A DNA stretch of 64,000 nt, taken from the NCBI GenBank assembly GCA_001769805.1, contig MEPO01000021.1:64836-128835 (forward strand). The letters run 5' to 3'. The position numbers and the translations under genes are program-made. This document shows positions 8,688 through 17,954 of the stretch, piece after piece. The stretch comes from Bdellovibrionales bacterium GWA1_52_35 (lineage in GTDB: Bacteria > Bdellovibrionota > UBA1018). Within the stretch, counting starts at the first letter, position 1. The number at the start of each line of letters is the position of its first letter. Under the pieces are notes generated by a model that searched no databases, had not been told where the DNA came from, and saw nothing but the letters and a program-made list of their open reading frames with translations.

Positions 8688-11600
8688 ATGGCCAACTTTC
8701 AGGAAGTCAAATCGGATATCAATATCCCCAAGCAGGAAGAAGAAATTCTAGCATTCTGGGACGAGCGCAAGATTTTCGAAAAATCCCTCACTGAACATAA
8801 AGGGAAAACTTACAGTTTTTATGACGGCCCTCCGTTTGCGACGGGACTTCCACATTATGGTCACCTGCTTGCCGGCACCTTGAAAGACATTGTTCCGCGT
8901 TACTGGACTATGAACGGCTACCAAATCCCGCGCAGATTCGGCTGGGATTGCCATGGACTTCCAGTTGAATACGAAATCAACAAAACTCACAAAATCGACA
9001 GCCGGAAGCAGATTCTGGAGATGGGCGTAGGCAAGTACAACACGCTTTGCCGCGGAATCGTGAGTCGCTACTCCCAGGAATGGAAGAAGACGGTACGCCG
9101 CACAGGCCGTTGGGTTGACATGGATAACTCCTACTTCACCATGCAACCGGAGTTCATGCAAAGTGTATGGTGGGTCTTCAAGCAGATGTGGGACAAGGGG
9201 CTCATTTATGAAGGCTATAAAGTCGTTCCCTATTCCACCGGAATTTCCACTGCCCTCTCCAATTTCGAAGCGGGCCAAAATTATAAAGACGTACAGGACC
9301 CCGCAATCACCATCGCTTTGAAGGCCGAGGGCGAACCCAACACGTTTTTCCTCGCTTGGACGACCACTCCCTGGACACTGACCAGCAATCTTGCGCTCGC
9401 AGTCCATAAAGATATTGAATATGTCCGTATTCGCTCCCGCGCAGACGGGACCCGGTACTACCTGGCCCAGGCGCTTATAAAAACCGTATTTAAGAATGCA
9501 GATATCGACTTTGAAATCGAGGCCTCCTTTAAAGGCTCCGAGTTGCTCGGAAAGCGTTACGAACCCCTCTTTGACTATTTTGCGGATCTCAAAAAAGAGG
9601 GCGCATTCAAGATCATTTCTGCCGTGCACGTTACGATCGAAACCGGCACAGGAATCGTCCACATGGCGCCGGCATTCGGTGAAGAAGATTTCTTTGCCTG
9701 TAAAGAAGCGGGAATGCCGATGGCCAACCCCGTGGATGACGACGGCCAGTTTACTTCCGAAGTTCCGGAGTATCAGGGTAAAAATGTCAAAGCAGCCGAT
9801 TCGGATATCATTAGAAGAATCAAAGACAAGAAACAACTGATCAAGCACGACACGATCGTACACAGTTACCCTTTCTGCCCGCGATCCGACACCCCGCTGA
9901 TTTATCGGGCGGTCTCGTCCTGGTTTGTCGCGGTCGAAAAAATCAAAGAACAAATCGTCGCCAGCAACAAGACGACCGCGTGGGTACCCGAAGCCCTTCG
10001 CGATGGCCGCTTCGGAAACTGGCTGGAAAACGCCCGCGACTGGGCGATCTCGCGCAACCGGTTCTGGGGAACCCCGATTCCGGTCTGGAAAAATGCCGAG
10101 GGTGAAGCAATCTGTATCGGCTCGATTGCCGAGCTTGAGCAACTGACCGGAAAAAAAATCACCGATCTGCACATGGAACATGTGGATCAGCTGGAAATTC
10201 CTTCGCCTACCGGAAAGTCTCCTCTGAAACGCGTTGGACCGGTACTCGACTGCTGGTTTGAGAGCGGCTCGATGCCCTATGCCCAGTGGGGCTATCCCTT
10301 CCATAATCAGCAGGAATTTGAAAAAGGTTTCCCAGCCGACTTCATTGCTGAAGGTCTCGATCAGACTCGAGGCTGGTTTTACACGCTGATGGTGATCGGC
10401 ACGGCACTTTTCGGCAAGGCCCCTTTCAAAAACGTACTGGTGAACGGCCTCATTCTCGCCGAAGACGGCAAGAAAATGAGCAAAAGCCTTCGGAATTATC
10501 CGGATCCAATGGAGGTTCTCGGCAAGCACGGGGCGGATGCCCTTCGGCTTTACCTGATTGACTCTCCCGTGGTGAAAGCCCAGGAACTTCGATTCCAGGA
10601 AAAAGGCGTTCACGATGTCGTTCGCAAGATCCTGCTGCGCTGGTGGAATTCCTATTCCTTTTTCGTGAACTACGCGAACATCGACGCTTTCACACCAAAA
10701 GGAGACTACTCCAAGTCCCCGAACATTCTGGACCAGTGGGTGATTTCCAGATTGAACACGTTGATCGACAATACACGAACGGAAATGAACGCGTACCGGC
10801 TGTACAATGTCGTGCCCTCGCTCCTGCAGTTCATTGAAGAGCTGACCAATACCTACATTCGCTTCAATCGCAGTCACTTCTGGCAGGAGGGAATGCCCGA
10901 GGACAAGCGCCTGGCTTATGAAACCCTTTATTACGTGCTCATCACCCTGAGCAAAGTCATGGCTCCGTTTGCGCCGTTCATGTCAGAAGTGATGTACCAG
11001 AACCTGACCCGCTCGCAGCCACCTGGCGCCGGCCATAAAGAGAGCGTGCATCTCGAGTTGTTCCCGGAGGTTCAGAACGAACTCCGGAAGCCGGCACTTG
11101 AGGAAAGCGTTCATCGCATGGAAGTGCTCGTGACACTGGGACGCAATCTGCGCGAGAAAATCGGGGTGAAAGCCAAAATTCCTTTGAAGTCCCTCAGACT
11201 GATCCACCGCGACCAGGTTGCACTGGATGGCTTGAATCCGTTGAAGCCTTACTTTCAAGACGAACTGAATATTGAAGCCATTCTTCTGGACGCGAACGAA
11301 GACAAATTCGTTCAGGTGAGTTGCAAGGCGAACTTCCCGGTCTTGGGTAAAAAGCTTGGACCAAAGATGAAGACCGTCGCAGCTGAGATTCAGAAACTTC
11401 CGATCGCAGACATTCTGAAGCTGGAGCAGGGTCAGACCCTGACCTTGGCAGGAGAATCAATTAGCCTGAGTGACGTCGAGATCCGCCGCGCAGCCCGTGG
11501 CGACAACCCGAATCTCTTGACGCACCAGCTGATCTCAATTGAAATCGATCCGACGATCACACCCGCTCAGGTTCAAGTGGGACTGGCCCGGGAAATCATT

Positions 11601-11834
11601 CGGAAGGTCCAGGCTGCCCGAAAAGCAGCGGATTTCAAATTGGATAACCGGATTCATCTCGAACTCAAATTGTCCGGAGAGCTGAAGGCTGCTGCCGAAG
11701 CACACCAGGCGATGATCAAAGAAAACACCCTGACTCTGGAACTGGTTTTCACCGACAATCCTCAAGGTCAGCATGTTGAAACTGCGGAGACGGATGAAGG
11801 ACCGGTAACGATTGGATTACGAGTCCTGAAGTGA
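8688..11834 (+). CDS. ileS: Isoleucine--tRNA ligase, type 2 (eukaryote-like)
   Basis: DGPPFATGLPHYGH, GWDCHGLP, WTTTPWT, GTGIVH, KMSKS; long C-terminus with no type-1 Zn finger. Confidence 0.95.
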   Translation: MANFQEVKSDINIPKQEEEILAFWDERKIFEKSLTEHKGKTYSFYDGPPFATGLPHYGHLLAGTLKDIVPRYWTMNGYQIPRRFGWDCHGLPVEYEINKTHKIDSRKQILEMGVGKYNTLCRGIVSRYSQEWKKTVRRTGRWVDMDNSYFTMQPEFMQSVWWVFKQMWDKGLIYEGYKVVPYSTGISTALSNFEAGQNYKDVQDPAITIALKAEGEPNTFFLAWTTTPWTLTSNLALAVHKDIEYVRIRSRADGTRYYLAQALIKTVFKNADIDFEIEASFKGSELLGKRYEPLFDYFADLKKEGAFKIISAVHVTIETGTGIVHMAPAFGEEDFFACKEAGMPMANPVDDDGQFTSEVPEYQGKNVKAADSDIIRRIKDKKQLIKHDTIVHSYPFCPRSDTPLIYRAVSSWFVAVEKIKEQIVASNKTTAWVPEALRDGRFGNWLENARDWAISRNRFWGTPIPVWKNAEGEAICIGSIAELEQLTGKKITDLHMEHVDQLEIPSPTGKSPLKRVGPVLDCWFESGSMPYAQWGYPFHNQQEFEKGFPADFIAEGLDQTRGWFYTLMVIGTALFGKAPFKNVLVNGLILAEDGKKMSKSLRNYPDPMEVLGKHGADALRLYLIDSPVVKAQELRFQEKGVHDVVRKILLRWWNSYSFFVNYANIDAFTPKGDYSKSPNILDQWVISRLNTLIDNTRTEMNAYRLYNVVPSLLQFIEELTNTYIRFNRSHFWQEGMPEDKRLAYETLYYVLITLSKVMAPFAPFMSEVMYQNLTRSQPPGAGHKESVHLELFPEVQNELRKPALEESVHRMEVLVTLGRNLREKIGVKAKIPLKSLRLIHRDQVALDGLNPLKPYFQDELNIEAILLDANEDKFVQVSCKANFPVLGKKLGPKMKTVAAEIQKLPIADILKLEQGQTLTLAGESISLSDVEIRRAARGDNPNLLTHQLISIEIDPTITPAQVQVGLAREIIRKVQAARKAADFKLDNRIHLELKLSGELKAAAEAHQAMIKENTLTLELVFTDNPQGQHVETAETDEGPVTIGLRVLK

Positions 11835-12595
11835 GCGCTCCCGCACCCGACGCAAGCTGGACTTTTGAGCCCATTGCAGTCGTACGCTCGTGTTTCAAAG
11901 AGAAGTTCGGGATTCCAAGGCAGCCGGGTCTTGCACCCCACGCCATGGGGACACTCAAATTCAAGAAAAGCACGGGTTATTCCCAGGCTCTGAAGTCGCT
12001 TGAGGGTTTCAGTCATCTCTGGGTTATTTTCGTTTTCCACGAGCACGGGGCCAAAAACTGGAAACCCACCATTCGTCCGCCTCGACTTGGCGGCGCCAAG
12101 CGTGTGGGAGTTTTTGCCTCTCGCACACCGCATCGCCCCAACCCGATTGGAATCAGTGTAGTGAAAATCCTGGACATTCGACCGAACGCCAAAGGCGGCG
12201 CTGAAATCGATGTCGAAGGAGTCGATTTGCTGGACGGAACTCCGGTTCTGGATATCAAACCCTACGTTGCTTACTGTGACTCGGTTCCTGAAGCCAAATC
12301 GAGCTGGGCCACCGATCCGCTGGTCGACCGGGTGGAATTGAAGTACTCGGCTTTAGCTCTTAAAAAAATCAAGACCGTGGCCGTGAAGATTCCAAACTTC
12401 GCGAAACTCGTTGACGAGCTGATGAGCCTCGATCCGCGTCCCGCTTTTCAGCGAAAAGATCCCCCGGGCGGGCACTATGGCTTCAGGATCATGGATTGGG
12501 ATGTGAAGTTCACTGCTCAAAAAGGTTATTTAGCTATTGAGGACCTTCTGCCTTTTGAGAAGCTGAATGCGGTCAAGAAGCAGAATAGTAAATAG
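11831..12595 (+). CDS. trmO: tRNA m6t6A37 methyltransferase TrmO/TsaA
   Basis: KEKFGIPRQ, RPPRLGG, GVFASRTPHRPNPIG, DLLDGTPVLDIKPY. Confidence 0.9.
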   Translation: MSAPAPDASWTFEPIAVVRSCFKEKFGIPRQPGLAPHAMGTLKFKKSTGYSQALKSLEGFSHLWVIFVFHEHGAKNWKPTIRPPRLGGAKRVGVFASRTPHRPNPIGISVVKILDIRPNAKGGAEIDVEGVDLLDGTPVLDIKPYVAYCDSVPEAKSSWATDPLVDRVELKYSALALKKIKTVAVKIPNFAKLVDELMSLDPRPAFQRKDPPGGHYGFRIMDWDVKFTAQKGYLAIEDLLPFEKLNAVKKQNSK

Positions 12596-12596
12596 C

Positions 12597-13361
12597 TCAG
12601 CTTTCTTTCTCACTGCGAACATCAGACGGCCGGACTCCCCAGGAACGGAGAATCGCCGCTTCGTCTTCTTCAGACATGGCTTTTTTGAATTTTGCACCCG
12701 AACGACCTTTGACCCGGGCTTCGCAACTTGCCCAGGTTTTATGCCTCACAGCGATTCCGCCGATGAGGCTCAGGTAACCATAGGCCGCAGGCTTGGGGCC
12801 CTTGGCGCGATCCTGCATTTCAGGAAGCGGCACATCTTCTGGAAGATCAAAGATCGGTAAGTCATATTTCAGAAGAGGTCCAAGATAGAGTCTGGGCCGG
12901 TTGCCTTTTGAAAAGGCCACGGCAATTTCATCCACCCGCTCGTTTCCGGGAACTCCGGAATGACCTCTAACGTATTTCCATTTCACTTTTTTGCCAGCGA
13001 CCGCGCTCATCAGCTTCTTCCAGAGATCCTGGTTCGAAACTTCAAGTCCTCCGGCTGTTTTCCAATCCCGCTTGCGCCAGCCGAAAACCCATTGCGTGAT
13101 CCCGCGAATGACATAAGTCGAATCGGTATAGAGATGAATCGGCGTTTTCACTCCGTGCAAACGCTCCAGCGCCCGAATAGCAGCCATCAATTCCATACGG
13201 TTGTTCGTCGTTTCAGGATCGCCGCCACCCAGTTCTTCAACTATGCCCTCGGGTGTGGCAATGATCGAGCCCCAGCCGCCCGGTCCGGGATTTCCGGAAC
13301 TGGCGCCATCGGCAAAAACAACGATCGGCATTCTGTCGGGAAGCTCGGCACGTTCAGGCAT
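12597..13361 (-). CDS. rnhA: Ribonuclease HI with a C-terminal hybrid-binding (Cauli_VI-like) domain
   Basis: ADGASSGNPGPGG, TTNNRMEL, TDS, GHSGVPGNERVD; C-terminal TWASCEARVKGRSGAKFKK. The start could be 13361 or 13331. Confidence 0.88.
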   Translation of the reverse strand: MPERAELPDRMPIVVFADGASSGNPGPGGWGSIIATPEGIVEELGGGDPETTNNRMELMAAIRALERLHGVKTPIHLYTDSTYVIRGITQWVFGWRKRDWKTAGGLEVSNQDLWKKLMSAVAGKKVKWKYVRGHSGVPGNERVDEIAVAFSKGNRPRLYLGPLLKYDLPIFDLPEDVPLPEMQDRAKGPKPAAYGYLSLIGGIAVRHKTWASCEARVKGRSGAKFKKAMSEEDEAAILRSWGVRPSDVRSEKES

Positions 13362-13422
13362 GGATGAATTCTGAATAGGAAACTTCAGCAACTCTGTCCA
13401 TGATTATTTCAAAACTGCGCCG

Positions 13423-13438
13423 TGGCCATTGACTTGCA
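13423..13438 (+). promoter_or_regulatory. Candidate sigma54 -24/-12 promoter of ftsH
   Basis: TGGCCATTGACTTGCA = TGGC-N7-TTGCA, 25 nt before ATG 13464 (RBS AAGGA in between). Confidence 0.5.
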
Positions 13439-13463
13439 CAGCTGTATGGCAAGGAACCAGATT

Positions 13464-15344
13464 ATGGCGCTTGAACCCGAACGGAGGGAAGGCCCTCCAC
13501 CTATTCGCTTTGGTCTGCTATACGCGATTCTGGCAGCTTGGCTGGTCCTGCTTGTCGTTGATTTCGCTCGGATGCAGCGCAACTTCGAAGCAATCCCCTA
13601 CAGCCAATTCATCACCTACCTGAATCAAAATAAATTAGCCGAGGTGACCGTCGGAAGCGAGCGGATCGAGGGAACCCTCAAGGACCCGGCTCCCGGGCAA
13701 AAGAAAGACTTCCTCACCAATAAAGTTGAGGATCCGACTCTCACGCAAGCCTTAAAGGATGCGAAAGTGAAATTTACCGGCATCAAAGATACCTCTCCGT
13801 TGGGTGGCATCTTCGCCTGGTTGCTGCCACTTATCGTGTTTTTCGCGCTTTTTCAGTATTTGTCAAAACGTATGGGCGCAGGTGGTGGCGCTCGTGGTGG
13901 GGGAATTCTCTCATTGGGTAAATCGCGCGCCAAAATTTTTGTCGAGACTGATTTGAGAACCCGCTTCGATGACGTGGCAGGCGTGGACGAAGCCAAAGCC
14001 GAGCTGAAGGAAATCGTCGAATTTCTAAAAGACCCCACGTTGTACTCTCGTCTGGGCGGAAGAATGCCCAAAGGCGTTTTGCTGGTCGGCCCCCCCGGCA
14101 CGGGCAAGACCATGATCGCGCGCGCGGTGGCCGGCGAGGCGGGCGTCCCGTTCTTCTCCATCAACGGATCCGAGTTCGTCGAACTTTTTGTGGGGTTGGG
14201 TGCGGCCCGTGTTCGCGACCTATTTGAACAGGCACGAGGGAAAGCTCCTTGTATCATTTTCATCGATGAGCTCGACGCCTTGGGCAAGGCACGCGGAGCC
14301 AATATCCTCTCGGGCTCCGGTGGCGACGAAAAAGAACAGACTCTAAATCAACTCTTAGCCGAAATGGACGGCTTTGACCCCTCCAAGGGTGTCGTGCTTC
14401 TGGCCGCAACCAATCGTCCGGAAGTTCTCGATCCGGCCCTCTTGCGGGCAGGGCGCTTTGATCGGCAGGTAGTCTTCGACAAACCCGATAAGGGCGGCAG
14501 GAAATTAATTTTGGAGATTCACCTGAAGCACATCAAATTTGCGAAGGACGTGGATACAGAGATACTCGCATCCATGACCACCGGCTTCTCCGGCGCGGAC
14601 CTCGCGAATCTAGTGAATGAAGCGGCCTTGATTGCCACCCGAAGAAAAGGTGATTCCGTGACACTCAAGGATTGCACCGAGGCTATCGAGCGGATTGTTG
14701 CGGGTCTTGAACGAAAAAACCGCGTATTAAGTGCTGACGAAAAACGACGTGTTGCGTACCACGAGATGGGCCATGCAGTGGTGGCCCTGGCTCGGGGTGC
14801 TCACGAATCGGTGCATAAAGTCAGTGTTATTCCGCGAGGCATTGCTGCTTTGGGCTATACCCTCCGAAGACCGACAGAAGACCGTTACATGATGAGCAGT
14901 CAAGAGCTTAAGGACAAGCTTGCAATCCTGCTCGGTGGCCGGGCTTCCGAGACAATTTTCCTGCAGGATATTTCAACCGGAGCCGCCGATGATCTGGATA
15001 AAGCAACCGAGGTGGCGCGCGCTATGGCTATGCGCTACGGGATGAGCCGCAAACTCGGACTTGCAACCTTCGAGCGAGAACAAGCTCCCTTGCTCGGAGG
15101 ACAGCCGCCAATGAAGCTGCACGAATACAGCGAGGAGACGGCCCAGCTTATTGATAAGGAAGTCACACGATTTCTGGCGGATTCTGCTCAGACTGCACAC
15201 GAGCTGATCACAGAATACCGCGAACTGGTAGAGGAGGGCGTGATGATCCTTCTCACCCGGGAAACGCTCAACGAGGAAGAATTAAAAACTCTCTGGAACC
15301 GCTATCAACTCAGACCCAAATCTGCTGAAGGGCTTGCTTCCTGA
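13464..15344 (+). CDS. ftsH: ATP-dependent zinc metalloprotease FtsH
   Basis: Two TM helices, [38 protein letters not shown]. Confidence 0.95.
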   Translation: MALEPERREGPPPIRFGLLYAILAAWLVLLVVDFARMQRNFEAIPYSQFITYLNQNKLAEVTVGSERIEGTLKDPAPGQKKDFLTNKVEDPTLTQALKDAKVKFTGIKDTSPLGGIFAWLLPLIVFFALFQYLSKRMGAGGGARGGGILSLGKSRAKIFVETDLRTRFDDVAGVDEAKAELKEIVEFLKDPTLYSRLGGRMPKGVLLVGPPGTGKTMIARAVAGEAGVPFFSINGSEFVELFVGLGAARVRDLFEQARGKAPCIIFIDELDALGKARGANILSGSGGDEKEQTLNQLLAEMDGFDPSKGVVLLAATNRPEVLDPALLRAGRFDRQVVFDKPDKGGRKLILEIHLKHIKFAKDVDTEILASMTTGFSGADLANLVNEAALIATRRKGDSVTLKDCTEAIERIVAGLERKNRVLSADEKRRVAYHEMGHAVVALARGAHESVHKVSVIPRGIAALGYTLRRPTEDRYMMSSQELKDKLAILLGGRASETIFLQDISTGAADDLDKATEVARAMAMRYGMSRKLGLATFEREQAPLLGGQPPMKLHEYSEETAQLIDKEVTRFLADSAQTAHELITEYRELVEEGVMILLTRETLNEEELKTLWNRYQLRPKSAEGLAS

Positions 15345-15354
15345 TTTTCTGTTT

Positions 15355-16116
15355 TTATTCGCATTGCTGGAGCTGGGTGCTGGCAAAAAAATAGCAACTT
15401 TGCGGAACTCCACATTTTGGTCCAGACGGGGCCCCCGCGGAAGGTGCCATCAGGAACATTTCGATCGGCCTTGTTGGCCTTGGATTCGGTACGACCACCG
15501 TGGGACGCGTTGTCGGCACCACCGTTGGAACGGAGGTGGGAACTGCGGTAGGTAGATAAGTCGGTGCCGAACTCGGAATCGCGCTCGGATTCGCTGTGGG
15601 TTTGGGAGCGAGGCGGTCGAGCCACCAAACGCTTTCAACTGAAATTTTGACTTTATCGCGATCCGCACAATCCAGACTTCCAGAAAGTTCAGCCGTCAAT
15701 GGAACAGAGCAGTTCGCATTTCCCCTGCCGTCATTTCTGAGGGTCGCATAACCCCCATCGATTGAGAAAGAGAACGTACCGTTGGGCAGGACCTCCCACG
15801 AGGTATCCAAGGCGCCATCCAACGTACGGGCAACAATGATTTTCTTTTTGCAGTCCGCCTGCAATACGATCGGCCTGAGGGGCTGCACCAAATCAACCGT
15901 GTCGAGCCCCAGCGGACAGTCCCAAAGATACAATTTTGATGCAAAGGGCTTTGATAATGACCCATAAGGACACTGGCTGCCAAATACTGCGTTTCCATTC
16001 ACATCTGTCAAGCCTTCCACATCATCGGGCGATCCGCAGCCCGCCCAAAACAGGATGATCCCAGCCAAACCCAGAGTTGTTATCAGAATTGTCGCAGCGT
16101 TGACGTCGGTTTTCAT
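15355..16116 (-). CDS. Cys-rich lipoprotein with a Pro/Thr-rich repeat linker, function unknown
   Basis: Lipobox WAG-C; multiple Cys; PTANPSAIPSSAPTYLPTAVPTSVPTVVPTTRPTVV tetrapeptide repeats. Confidence 0.7.
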   Translation of the reverse strand: MKTDVNAATILITTLGLAGIILFWAGCGSPDDVEGLTDVNGNAVFGSQCPYGSLSKPFASKLYLWDCPLGLDTVDLVQPLRPIVLQADCKKKIIVARTLDGALDTSWEVLPNGTFSFSIDGGYATLRNDGRGNANCSVPLTAELSGSLDCADRDKVKISVESVWWLDRLAPKPTANPSAIPSSAPTYLPTAVPTSVPTVVPTTRPTVVVPNPRPTRPIEMFLMAPSAGAPSGPKCGVPQSCYFFASTQLQQCE

Positions 16117-16128
16117 GGCCAGCTTTGG

Positions 16129-16144
16129 TGCAAACGGGAAGCCA
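16129..16144 (-). promoter_or_regulatory. Candidate sigma54 promoter of the Pro/Thr lipoprotein gene
   Basis: Minus strand reads TGGCTTCCCGTTTGCA (TGGC-N7-TTGCA), ending 12 nt before ATG 16116. Confidence 0.45.
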
Positions 16145-16196
16145 GCAGCGATTGGCCTTGACCTTTCTTTGACGCAGCACTAGTTCAAGCGGTCAA

Positions 16197-16703
16197 ATGC
16201 TTAAGTTTGCACTTATCCTGTTCTTTGCGACCACATCCGTTCTGGCTCAAGAAGCTGATCCTCTCTTCGGCCATATGGCCGGGCACTGGCGGGGAGAGGG
16301 GAGGCGGGTTTTTCTGATTTCGGGACGCGAAGTTTTGCTGCAAGCAGAGGTATTCTCCTCTGTGGAAGGAAGCAGTCTGGTTTCTGAGAACCTCTGGACC
16401 GAGACAACCACTGGAAGCAAACCCTTTACCTACAAGCGGGCTTACTGGATCCGAGCAACTCATCAAGACGGTCTTTACGCGATGGGATATAACAATCAAA
16501 CTCATAATCCCGCCGCTTATGGACACTACAGTCACGACGAGGGTCAGTTTTCTGTAAAACAGACGGTCGGAGACATTTCCGTCGAATCAACCACCCTGTT
16601 TTCGACAGGCCAGAGCCTGTATCTGGAAACCACTTGGAAGGGCGGGATAAAAATTTCCGAAGCGTCTGTCCAATATACCCAAATCGGGCATCCAGCCGAC
16701 TAA
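16197..16703 (+). CDS. Secreted hypothetical protein (likely small beta-barrel)
   Basis: Signal peptide ending VLA-Q; GHWRGEG N-terminal motif; beta-strand pattern. Confidence 0.6.
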   Translation: MLKFALILFFATTSVLAQEADPLFGHMAGHWRGEGRRVFLISGREVLLQAEVFSSVEGSSLVSENLWTETTTGSKPFTYKRAYWIRATHQDGLYAMGYNNQTHNPAAYGHYSHDEGQFSVKQTVGDISVESTTLFSTGQSLYLETTWKGGIKISEASVQYTQIGHPAD

Positions 16704-16857
16704 GGGCCGACCGCCGGTCATTCCCAAACAATAATAAGCATGATTCGATGCGTTAATGCTGTGGAGGGGGTGCATCTAACTTCATTTTACGGTATGAATA
16801 GAGGGCTACTCAAGGAGCTAAAAGCTTGGCTCAGAATGTCCACGGATTAGGAGAGTT

Positions 16858-17430
16858 ATGGCCCGTTTGAGAAAACCTCAACCCACACTGGATTCCATTT
16901 TTTTTGCGACTCCCGAACAGAAGGTAATGCGTCTCCTTCTTTCGGAGCCCACGACATCATTTACGCCCCGAGTAATCTCTTCAAAGCTGAAGGGTGTGCG
17001 CGGTCTCGGTGGCAGTGATGGAATTATGAAGATCCTGACTGAACTCCAGGAACTCGGTCTTGTCGATTTCGTTGACAATCACCGTGCAGTTCGACTTCAC
17101 GATGACGCGACTCCCGTTCAAGTTCAAAAAATATTTCTGGCAATTTGCGATCTGGAGGGCCTGACCAGCCTGCTTCAACCTATTTCAACCAAAGGCATTT
17201 TATTTGGCAGCCGCGCAAAAGGCAGGGCGAGATCCGATAGTGATTACGATCTATTCATCGTTTCCGACAATCCCGAAGAGGCCAAAAAAATTGCTGCCCG
17301 CCATCCGCTTGGAAAGCTGGTCGAAGTTCTTGCCATGACTGCAGATAAATTTTCTGAGATGGAAAAAGACGATCCGAGCCTTTTTGAAAAGCTGGATGCC
17401 GGAATTGTTTTGTGGGGTTCCACCTGGTGA
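16858..17430 (+). CDS. Winged-HTH + minimal nucleotidyltransferase (MNT) fusion protein
   Basis: N-terminal wHTH-like segment; LFGSRAKGRARSDSDYDLFIV (GS-x10-DxD); RBS AGGAG. Confidence 0.8.
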   Translation: MARLRKPQPTLDSIFFATPEQKVMRLLLSEPTTSFTPRVISSKLKGVRGLGGSDGIMKILTELQELGLVDFVDNHRAVRLHDDATPVQVQKIFLAICDLEGLTSLLQPISTKGILFGSRAKGRARSDSDYDLFIVSDNPEEAKKIAARHPLGKLVEVLAMTADKFSEMEKDDPSLFEKLDAGIVLWGSTW

Positions 17431-17954
17431 AGCGTAAATACTGGGTTCTCATCCTCCTGACCGCAGTAATCATCCTCCTGGATCAATGGACGAAAGCGCT
17501 TGTTCTGAATCGTTTTCATCTGGGTGAGTCGATTGCGGTGATTCCCGGATTTTTCAATTTCACTTTTGTGAAAAATCCCGGTGCTGCTTTTGGTTTGCTG
17601 GCCACCGCCGACCCGGCTTTCCGAATTCCGTTCTTTCTGCTGGTCCCCCTGATCGCCCTGGGTGCGATCGGCTATGTTTTCCATAAGCTCGACGGCGATG
17701 ACATCCGGATGTCCACCGCCCTGTCGTTGGTCATTGGTGGCGCCATCGGAAACCTGATCGACCGGGCCATGCTCAGTTACGTTGTCGATTTTCTCGATTT
17801 TCACTGGAAGAACATCTATCATTTCCCTGCTTTCAATATTGCAGATTCCACAATCTGCGTCGGCGTGGCCATGCTGATGTTCGATATGCTCCTTCAGGAG
17901 AAGGCTGTAAGAAAAAACCAAGGATCGGAACGCAATGCATCCCCTGCTCGCTAA
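17427..17954 (+). CDS. lspA: Lipoprotein signal peptidase II
   Basis: LDQWTK, NPGAAFG, GAIGNLIDR, VVDF, FNIAD. The GTG start overlaps the upstream stop (GTGA). Confidence 0.95.
   Translation: MKRKYWVLILLTAVIILLDQWTKALVLNRFHLGESIAVIPGFFNFTFVKNPGAAFGLLATADPAFRIPFFLLVPLIALGAIGYVFHKLDGDDIRMSTALSLVIGGAIGNLIDRAMLSYVVDFLDFHWKNIYHFPAFNIADSTICVGVAMLMFDMLLQEKAVRKNQGSERNASPAR

Noticed and set aside
8748-10877. 709-aa antisense ORF inside ileS
   Set aside because: In-register shadow of a conserved gene with no recognisable motifs; explained by codon bias.
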